NCBI GenBank assembly: GCA_052034525.1
Contig: JBPOIK010000053.1
Span: 22,351 to 86,350 of the forward strand
Origin: Planctomycetota bacterium
Lineage (GTDB): Bacteria > Planctomycetota > Phycisphaerae > UBA1845
DNA: 64,000 nt
Direction of reading: 5' to 3'
The position numbers were made by a program, and so were the translations under genes. Positions 39,370 to 46,989 of the stretch are shown in pieces. The notes below the pieces were generated by a model. That model had not been told where the DNA came from. It was given only the letters and a program-made list of their open reading frames with translations, and did not search any database. The stretch's first letter is position 1. The number at the start of each line of letters is the position of its first letter.

Positions 39370-41550
39370 ATGTCATTGTCTCTTGATCGCGATTCAGATC
39401 GTCTCCCGGCGCGCGGCTTTTATGAAGAAGCCCCGCTGGAGCGGTGGTGGTGCGGCTGGCACCTGGTCGAGCTGCTGGGGGTGTTTCTGCTGGGCATGGC
39501 CATCGTGGCTTTTCTGTACACCCAGCCGGGCCAGCCGCCGGAAGAATGGGGCATTCCGGGCAACGATGCGTTCTATCACACCAAGATGGCCGTCCTGATG
39601 CCCCAGATCGGCCTGCCGGATCGGTTTCCCTGGCTGCAGGCCACCATCTTCTGGAAAGACCGTTTCGTCAGCCATCATTGGGGGTTCCACGTTTTTCTGA
39701 TGCCGTTCGTGCACGCGGCGCACGCCCTGGGGTACGAGTATTACATCGGCGCCCAATGGGCCATGATGCTCTGCTTCGGCGGCACAATGGCCCTTTTCAC
39801 GTTGCTCTTGATGATCGAGCGGATTCCGTTCCGCTGGCTGTGGATCGGGCTTTTCCTGGCCATGCCGGATCAGTTCTTCACCCGCCACTGCATGATCCGG
39901 GCGATCGATCCGTCGCTGTTCTGCATGTTGCTGCTGCTTCTCTTCCTGTTCCGCCGACGGTATGTGGCCGCCGCGCTGACCGTGGCCGCTTATGTTCACG
40001 TTTACATGGGGGGGCTGATCTACGCGCCTATCGTGTTGATCGCATACTTCCTGGGCGGATTGCTTTCGCCGCGCGGCGACCGCGTGTCCTGGAAACTGCC
40101 CCTGTGGACGTTCACGGGCTGGCTGGTCGGCCTGCTCACGCACCCCTACGTCCGCGGCGCCATCCCGTTCCTGCGCATCCAGATCTTCGGCAGCGGCCTG
40201 ACGCCGGACATCCCGGTCGGCAACGAATGGAAGTCCTACGAGGGCACGTTGTGGTGGTTCGCGGGGTTCACGGGCGTCATGTGGGTGACCCTCGCCGCGG
40301 CCATCGGCGTACGGCTGCGCAGCGGCCGCCGGATCGGCCCCCGGGAATGGGCGATGCTGCTGATCAGCATTGCCTTTCTGGTCCTGATGTGCAAAGCGCG
40401 GCGGTTCGTGGAATACTGGCCGATCTTCTGCCTGCTGACATCGGCGTATCTGGCCGCTCCGACACTGCGATCGGCCCTGCCGGATTTCTGGACGTCGGAG
40501 GCGGACCGCAAGAATCCCAATCTGCGATTGGCGGTCTGCGCCTTGACGGTTGTCACAATGATCGTGCTGGGCGGCGCAGGGTGGTACATGCTGGGCCACC
40601 TGGGCATCGAGACCACGATCGCCGAATGGCGGGTCTGGCTGGCCGTGGGCGCCGTGTATTTCCTGGCGCCGGTCGGTCGATGGCTGACCCTCACACAGCC
40701 GCCTCCGTCCGGCCGGGCGGCCGGGCTGTTCACTGCGGGAACGGCGGTGTTGCTGGGAGTCTTGTTCGCCGGTCTGTCGTACGCGATCCTGCGGGCGGCG
40801 CAAGGCGGCAGGGGGCTGGGTTCACCATTGCTGCCGATGCCGGCGTGGCTGTGGGCGTGTGTGGGCGCGCTATACGTTCTGGCCGTTACCCTCGGTCTGC
40901 GCCGGGGCCATCGCGGGGCGGAGCCGCCGAAAGGACGGGCGATCACGGCCGCGTCCATGCTGGCCTGCGGTGTCGGCTATTTGACACTTCTTTTCCTGAC
41001 CTGCGCGGCCCAGTTGACGAACCTGCAGAAGTCCGTGCGCTGCGGCTACGACCTGCCCGCGACCCGGCGGGCGATGGCGTGGCTCCAGGCGAACTCGGCG
41101 CCGGGATCGGTCGTTTTCACGGACGACTGGGACATCTTTCCGCTCTATTTCTACTACAACCATCACAATCACTATATCGTGGGCCTGGACCCGAAATTCA
41201 CTGACGAGGCGGACCCGGAATTGTGGAAACGGTATGTGAAGCTGTCCCGCGGAGAGTTCCCGTCCGAGATCGTCGTCCGGCGGCCGGATGATCGGGGCCG
41301 CATGCGAGAGACCATCGACAAGGTGACGATCGACGATTTCACCCATGTGTTCGGCTGCCGCTACGTCATCGTCGATCGAAACCACGACCACCTGGCCCGC
41401 AAGCTGGAACGCTCCCCCTCCCACGCCCGGCGCGTCTGGCCGCCCGAAGGGTCGGTTGACGATTCGGCCTCACCGGCGTACAGAGTCTTCCAACTTCCGG
41501 AGCCGGGGGGTGTCTTTCCGAACGGGCAGGCCCACGCCCCGATCCCCTGA
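39370..41550 (+). CDS. Large polytopic membrane protein, putative GT-C-fold glycosyltransferase-like (ArnT/PMT-like).
   Basis: More than 12 hydrophobic helices. The first extracytoplasmic loop carries 'GNDAFYHTKM', an acidic motif near TM1 like that of GT-C enzymes. The C-terminal part is soluble. Confidence 0.5.
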   Translation: MSLSLDRDSDRLPARGFYEEAPLERWWCGWHLVELLGVFLLGMAIVAFLYTQPGQPPEEWGIPGNDAFYHTKMAVLMPQIGLPDRFPWLQATIFWKDRFVSHHWGFHVFLMPFVHAAHALGYEYYIGAQWAMMLCFGGTMALFTLLLMIERIPFRWLWIGLFLAMPDQFFTRHCMIRAIDPSLFCMLLLLLFLFRRRYVAAALTVAAYVHVYMGGLIYAPIVLIAYFLGGLLSPRGDRVSWKLPLWTFTGWLVGLLTHPYVRGAIPFLRIQIFGSGLTPDIPVGNEWKSYEGTLWWFAGFTGVMWVTLAAAIGVRLRSGRRIGPREWAMLLISIAFLVLMCKARRFVEYWPIFCLLTSAYLAAPTLRSALPDFWTSEADRKNPNLRLAVCALTVVTMIVLGGAGWYMLGHLGIETTIAEWRVWLAVGAVYFLAPVGRWLTLTQPPPSGRAAGLFTAGTAVLLGVLFAGLSYAILRAAQGGRGLGSPLLPMPAWLWACVGALYVLAVTLGLRRGHRGAEPPKGRAITAASMLACGVGYLTLLFLTCAAQLTNLQKSVRCGYDLPATRRAMAWLQANSAPGSVVFTDDWDIFPLYFYYNHHNHYIVGLDPKFTDEADPELWKRYVKLSRGEFPSEIVVRRPDDRGRMRETIDKVTIDDFTHVFGCRYVIVDRNHDHLARKLERSPSHARRVWPPEGSVDDSASPAYRVFQLPEPGGVFPNGQAHAPIP

Positions 41551-41579
41551 TCTGTTCCACGATTGAGTCAGGAGACCCT

Positions 41580-43223
41580 ATGTTTCGACCGACATTCTTC
41601 ACTCCACGGTGGTTATGGTTGCCTGTGGCGATTGCTATCGTGATCGCGGCCGGATCGGCTGGATGCAGTCACGATCATTCGCCGCGGACATTCTTGCAGC
41701 CCCACGTCCAGCGGCCGGAGACTGCGGTTGTGCTGATCAGCGTGGACGGATTGAATACGGCCACGCTGGACGCCATGCTGGCCGCGGGAGAGTTGCCGGC
41801 CATCCAGCGTCTGATCGACGAGGGGGTGCGCGTGGAGACGGCGGTCAGCGGCTATCCCACCATCACATACGCGCAGTTCACCAGCATCCAGACGGGCCTG
41901 TACGCCGGCCACCACGGAATCCTCGGCAACAAGTGGTTCGACCGGCATCAGTTGCGCTATCGCAGTTACGGCACGATGTTCACCTACCGCGACGTGAACG
42001 ACGATTTCCGGGCGCCTACTCTGTACGAGCGGCTGTCGGACCGGGTGACGATGAACATCCAGAACGCCGTTTTCCGCGGCGTGACCCGCACCATTGACAA
42101 CTGGGCCAGAGCGGGAATCCGCTGGTTCTTCGGCCTGCTGCTGGATGTGGACCGGCTCATGCCCAGCCGATTCGAGGTGGTGCGGGACGTGGCGAACCAG
42201 ATCGGACAGTGGCCGGTGTTGATTCACGCTTATCATCCGGCCGTGGACGAGATCGGCCATCGGCATGGACCGCGGTCAGAGCAGTACCGTCGGGCCATCC
42301 GCAACGTCGACCGGCAGGTCGCACGCATTCGAGAGGCAATCGAGACGGCCGGGATGACCGAGCGGACCTGCGTGGTGTTTCTGAGCGACCACGGCTTCGA
42401 GGCGGTCGACCATCACTTCGACATCCCCCGATGGCTGCGACGCGAACGCGGCCTGAGGGTCACCGATCGAGCTCTCGAAAACGAGTGGTTCGAGCAGCGG
42501 TTTCGACATTTCTCCCGGTTTGACGCCGTCGTTATCAATGGCGGAAACCGTCGGGCGGCGATCCACCTTCCGGGCCCGGACGGATGGTTCCAGCGACCGA
42601 CCCCGCAAGCCATCCAGAGTCTGCTTCATCCGGATCCCGCCACGGGCCGGCCCGGGCTCATCCAGCATCCCGGCGTGGAACTCGTCGCCCGGCCGATCGA
42701 CCTGGACGGCGACGAGCGTGTCATCGAGCTTCTTTCGCGGACCGGTCGCTCCCGGATTCGACGGCGTTGGCACGATGACACCAAAGTCTACCGCTACGAT
42801 CGCATCGATCACGATGCCCTGGGAGACTGGACGACCGGGCCGCTGGAAACCGTGATTGCCGAGGGCTGGCATGACGGCGATACGTGGTTGAAGGCCACCA
42901 TCGACTCACCGTACCCGGACCTGATGGTCCGGATGGTGGAAATGTTCGACTCGCCTCGGGCGGGCGATATCGTGCTGTTTGCCGAGGACGGGTGGGACTT
43001 CGGCTCCCGCAACCGCGGCGGACACGGCAGCATTACTCGCTCCGATATGGTGATTCCGATGATCTTCGTTGGGCCGGGGATCCCCGCGGGAGAAACCATT
43101 CCGTACGCCCGACTGGTGGACATCGCTCCGACCCTGCTTCACCTGTTGCGCGGCCGGCCCGCCGACCCGACCGAGCCGCCGTTCGACGGCACCGACCGCA
43201 CGGCCCAACTGCTGCGCCCCTGA
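41580..43223 (+). CDS. Alkaline phosphatase superfamily protein, nucleotide pyrophosphatase/phosphodiesterase (NPP) type, lipoprotein.
   Basis: Lipobox 'AGSAGCS', then 'VVLISVDGL' and 'GYPTITYAQFTSIQTG...HHGI' metal-site blocks. Confidence 0.8.
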   Translation: MFRPTFFTPRWLWLPVAIAIVIAAGSAGCSHDHSPRTFLQPHVQRPETAVVLISVDGLNTATLDAMLAAGELPAIQRLIDEGVRVETAVSGYPTITYAQFTSIQTGLYAGHHGILGNKWFDRHQLRYRSYGTMFTYRDVNDDFRAPTLYERLSDRVTMNIQNAVFRGVTRTIDNWARAGIRWFFGLLLDVDRLMPSRFEVVRDVANQIGQWPVLIHAYHPAVDEIGHRHGPRSEQYRRAIRNVDRQVARIREAIETAGMTERTCVVFLSDHGFEAVDHHFDIPRWLRRERGLRVTDRALENEWFEQRFRHFSRFDAVVINGGNRRAAIHLPGPDGWFQRPTPQAIQSLLHPDPATGRPGLIQHPGVELVARPIDLDGDERVIELLSRTGRSRIRRRWHDDTKVYRYDRIDHDALGDWTTGPLETVIAEGWHDGDTWLKATIDSPYPDLMVRMVEMFDSPRAGDIVLFAEDGWDFGSRNRGGHGSITRSDMVIPMIFVGPGIPAGETIPYARLVDIAPTLLHLLRGRPADPTEPPFDGTDRTAQLLRP

Positions 43224-43315
43224 CGAATGCGGGACACGGCGACCGGGCGTGCGGCGGAGGACTCCGCTGCGGCACACGATGATTCCCCCGGAGGGAACGA
43301 TACAATGCTCCGGCC

Positions 43316-44473
43316 ATGAACAGTGTCCGGATCATCGCCGTTCTGATCGCGGTCGCCGTTGGAGTGGCCGTCTGGGAGGCGGATCGAAAGCCGCCCGCCG
43401 CGGACCCCGCCCGCGCGGAGGCGGCCTCGTCCAGACCGCAGCCGGCCGTTGCCAGGCCGGCGACAACGCGACCGAACCAGACCACCCGACCCCTGCTGCG
43501 CAGCCTGCCGTCCCCGGATCCGCCCTACCACGGCGTGGCGATTCAGGTGTACTCGGCGGACCGCGTGGTCGCCCGCTACGGGCAGATGATCCGGGAAATC
43601 GCGGCGCTGGGCGCCGACACGGTCATGTTCAGTCCGGACGGCTTCCAGAAACACGTGGAATCCACCGACATCCGGACCGACCCGAAGCGCACGCCCACCG
43701 ACGACGAGTGGCTCGAGTTGTTCGACCTGGCACACGAGCAGGGGCTGCGCATCGTGCTGATGCCCAAGATCCTGCTGTCCGATCCGCGCGGCAATGAATG
43801 GCGGGGCAAGATCCAGCCGACCAGTTGGGACGCGTGGTTCGAGGCGTACCGCAAGCTCGTCGTTCATTACGCCACGCTGGCCGAGCGCGGACACGTGGAA
43901 GTGTTCATCGTCGGCTCCGAACTGGTCAGCACGGAGAAGATGACGGACGAGTGGCGACGCGTGATCGCGGCGGTGCGTGACTGTTACCACGGCCGACTAA
44001 GCTACTCGGCCAACTGGGACCACTATCGGGGAATCCAGTTCTGGGCCGATCTCGACCTGATCGGCATGACCAGCTATCACCGGCTGTCCGACGACCCGGG
44101 CCCGAGCCAGGCCTCCCTGCGCGAAAGCTGGTTGCCGATCAAGCGACGCATCCTGGAGTGGCAGAAGGGCGTGGGCAAGCCGCTCCTGTTTACCGAGGTC
44201 GGCTGGTGCAGTCAGGAAGGGTGCTCCGTCGAGGCGTGGAACTACTACCGCCACGAAAAGGCCACCCCCGCCGGAATGCGGGAGCAGGCCGACTGCTACC
44301 AGGCGTTCATCGATATCTGGTCGGATGAGCCGGCCGTCGGGGGAATTCTCTGGTGGGAGTGGTCATACGAAAATCGGGGCGAAACGGATTTCGGATACAC
44401 CCCCAAAGGCAAGCCCGCCGAGCGCCTGTTGGGCGAGTTCTTCCGCCAACGCCGTCGGATGGCCGGCGGGTGA
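43316..44473 (+). CDS. TIM-barrel glycoside hydrolase, clan GH-A-like.
   Basis: Candidate acid/base 'FIVGSELVS' and nucleophile 'LFTEVGW' about 100 aa apart. N-terminal membrane anchor. Confidence 0.55.
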   Translation: MNSVRIIAVLIAVAVGVAVWEADRKPPAADPARAEAASSRPQPAVARPATTRPNQTTRPLLRSLPSPDPPYHGVAIQVYSADRVVARYGQMIREIAALGADTVMFSPDGFQKHVESTDIRTDPKRTPTDDEWLELFDLAHEQGLRIVLMPKILLSDPRGNEWRGKIQPTSWDAWFEAYRKLVVHYATLAERGHVEVFIVGSELVSTEKMTDEWRRVIAAVRDCYHGRLSYSANWDHYRGIQFWADLDLIGMTSYHRLSDDPGPSQASLRESWLPIKRRILEWQKGVGKPLLFTEVGWCSQEGCSVEAWNYYRHEKATPAGMREQADCYQAFIDIWSDEPAVGGILWWEWSYENRGETDFGYTPKGKPAERLLGEFFRQRRRMAGG

Positions 44474-44616
44474 TCCGCCTCGAATTCAATTCTTGCATTT
44501 CCATTGACATAACGCGACAATTCGGCCTTCGTTTCTGGCAGGGGCGCGGTCGGTACGTTCCACACGCAAACGTCTTCGCGCGCCCGATTTCAAATCATGG
44601 GAGGAAAGGGAACATA

Positions 44617-45813
44617 ATGCGAAACCACATGTGTATTGCGGGGGCCGGTATGCTGTTGTCGTGCCTGGCGACGCCCGCGTTGGCCGTCGGGTTTGAGAAT
44701 CATCGGATTGTCGCTCACGCGGCGATGGAGTGTCTGCCGCAACCTATCGCCCCGCTGTTTGTGTCGCAGCGCCTGGCGTTTCTGGAACGCTCGCTGGAGC
44801 CGGCAACAATTTGGCCGCGAGACTCCGAGCTGCGCCGTCGCGAATGCTGGCACTATGTTCCGCTGGACCTGGCGGCGACCGGGCAGACCCGGACGGCCCG
44901 CCTGGAAGCAGCGGCCCGCTTCCCGCGCACGCCGGCCGGTGCTCGTGCCCTCTACAACGAGCACCACGTTCGCCTGGGTGGACGACTGCCCTGGGCCGTC
45001 GAAGAGCTGTACCAGGATCTGGTGGAAGCCTTTCGCAAAGGCGACGAGCAGGCCGTGCTGCGCGCCGCCGGGCACCTGACGCACTTCGTCGGTCAGTGCG
45101 CCTCACCCTTCAGCGCGACGGCCAACGCGGACGGACAGTTGACGGGCAACCTGCAGTTTGGCGCGCGACAGCTCGGGGAGGAACTGCACCCTCACCAGAA
45201 CGTGCAGTATCGATTCGACATGGAACTGGTCAACCGGAACGGGTGCCGCTATCGCGAGCGGATCCGCCTCGGTCCGAACGACTATGAGCCGATGGACGCC
45301 CCGTTGGACCGGGCTTTTCTGGTGCTTCTCGATTCGCTGGCCTGCCTGGACGAGCTTCTGACGGCCGACCGGGAGATTTTGTCGCAGTTGGCCGTAACCG
45401 ATGCCACGAGCTTCATTCGCCGGGCAAACGAGTATTACGTCCTGCTCGACGAACGGTGCGGCGACGTCCTCGTCGACCGGTTGCGGGCGGCCGCTCGGCT
45501 TGCCGGCGGGCTGATCGGAGGCGCCTGGGAGGCCGCGGGGCGCCCGGACGTGAATGCCATCCGGTCGCGCGGTCTGCCCGACGCGGCGGCGACCACGACG
45601 GGAGAGCCGTCGACGGACGAGGCGGTCCGTCCGGCCGCGCCGCCGGCTCCGGAGGTCACGTTCGTCGGGAGCAAAGGGTCAAAAGTGTTTCATCGAAGCG
45701 ATTGCCCCCACGCGGCACGCATCAAGAGCCAGAACCGCGTGGAGTTCCGAACGGCTGAGGAAGCCAGGCGGCAGGGCCGACACCCCTGCCGTACGTGCAT
45801 GCCCGACGGCTGA
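44617..45813 (+). CDS. Secreted zinc-dependent phospholipase C / S1-P1 nuclease superfamily protein with a C-terminal Ada-type zinc-finger domain.
   Basis: Has a signal peptide. 'HRIVAHAAME', 'CWHYVPLD' and 'GHLTHFVGQCASPFSA' resemble the Zn-site blocks of PLC/P1. The C-terminal 'FHRSDCPHAARIKSQNRVEFRTAEEARRQGRHPCRTC' matches the Ada N-terminal Cys4 domain pattern. SD GGGAGGAAAGGG upstream. Confidence 0.55.
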   Translation: MRNHMCIAGAGMLLSCLATPALAVGFENHRIVAHAAMECLPQPIAPLFVSQRLAFLERSLEPATIWPRDSELRRRECWHYVPLDLAATGQTRTARLEAAARFPRTPAGARALYNEHHVRLGGRLPWAVEELYQDLVEAFRKGDEQAVLRAAGHLTHFVGQCASPFSATANADGQLTGNLQFGARQLGEELHPHQNVQYRFDMELVNRNGCRYRERIRLGPNDYEPMDAPLDRAFLVLLDSLACLDELLTADREILSQLAVTDATSFIRRANEYYVLLDERCGDVLVDRLRAAARLAGGLIGGAWEAAGRPDVNAIRSRGLPDAAATTTGEPSTDEAVRPAAPPAPEVTFVGSKGSKVFHRSDCPHAARIKSQNRVEFRTAEEARRQGRHPCRTCMPDG

Positions 45814-45860
45814 TCCGCCTGCCGCCGGCCCGGGGCGACCCCCCGCCTCGCAAAGCGCAA

Positions 45861-45917
45861 AAACGAATGAGATGGAAGATCGCCGTGGCGCTACGGCTCT
45901 TCCATCTCATTTCGTTT
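45861..45917. terminator. Bidirectional Rho-independent terminator between convergent genes.
   Basis: 19-bp stem (AAACGAATGAGATGGAAGA / TCTTCCATCTCATTTCGTTT, one bulge) with an 18-nt loop. A T-rich tail follows on both strands (TTTTTGCGC on the minus strand). Confidence 0.6.
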
Positions 45918-46018
45918 GCAGTCTTGTAGACAAGACTGATCGGAGGCGATCCCTGTCTCCACTTACCGTGGCGCGTACCGGAGACCGGGCTCACCTCGCC
46001 GCAAGTGAGGTACGCCCG

Positions 46019-46108
46019 TCACTTCGCGGCTTTCTTTTTGCGTTTCTTCGCGGCCTTCTTTGCCTTTGCGGCGCCTTTCTTCTTGGCAGCCTTGCGCTTT
46101 TTCGCCAT
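46019..46108 (-). CDS. Tiny Lys/Ala-rich basic peptide (29 aa: MAKKRKAAKKKGAAKAKKAAKKRKKKAAK).
   Basis: ATG at 46108 with GGAGGTG 6 nt upstream. The terminator at 45861-45917 lies downstream. The ORF track does not list it because it is under 60 aa. Confidence 0.4.
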   Translation of the reverse strand: MAKKRKAAKKKGAAKAKKAAKKRKKKAAK

Positions 46109-46989
46109 GAACATCACCTCCTTTCTGATCGGAAATGGTAGCAGGCCAAAAGCACCTGTCAAAATAATTCTGCAGATTGTCTCCAGTTTTGTATCGGCTG
46201 CGCCCCGGCCGTTTCTTCAGTTTTCGCGCCGAACGGCGCCGCGGGCGACATCGCGCACGCCGCAAATCCGCCGCGCGGAAAGCGGCGGACGCAACCCACG
46301 GGAGATGACGGAACCCGGCACCCCACTTTTCATTCACGCTTCCTTACGGCGGTCCGAAACCCGTGCGCGGCCGCGCGGCGGAACGGGCGACGCCCCGCTT
46401 GCGGACTCCTGTAAGTGCCGAACCATGACACTTACGATTTTGAGGAAATGCCCGTTTCCAGCGTGAATTTCGCACTCTCTGCCGAATGCGGAATCTGGAT
46501 TGCATGCCGCTCGATCGCGCGGCGGATGCTGTCTGATGTGCGATGACATGGTATCCGGAAACGCCGTCGTTGCCGCCGTTCCGCCGCCCGGACGCGCGTC
46601 GTACGGAGCGCCGCGTTCGCTGCAGAAGGAAATCGACATCACGCTTCTCCGTCCGTTGCGGCGGAACCGTCGCCATGGCCGCGAACGTCGCGCGCGGGGG
46701 GTTCCACTCGCCGGATCGCACCGGCGAAAAAAAACGGGAATTTTCCCCGCCGCGGGGCACGGCAGGGTCGAAATCCCGCGCAACGGCGAGTCCCGGCCCC
46801 GCGCGGCGATCCCGCGCTGCCTTCGCCGGAATCATTGTTCGGATCATCCGCCGTCCCGGATGGACACTCGCGCCGATGCCGAACGACTCGCTGCCCTGTG
46901 TTCCGGCATTCAACCCGGCCGATACCTCGGACAAGACGCAAACGATGGAGACAATTCGCACGATTCCGGCCGGCGGCCCCCGCAACTGC

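Noticed and set aside
44474-44616. TTGACA hexamer (ccattgacataacg) upstream of the nuclease-like gene as a promoter -35.
   Set aside because: No acceptable -10 lies 16-18 nt downstream. It is kept as unverified.
46334-46783. 149-aa minus-strand ORF (and neighbours 46344..47156 and 46639..46941) in the gene-free stretch.
   Set aside because: The Arg/Pro-dominated composition is typical of off-frame GC-rich DNA. There is no SD and no motifs.
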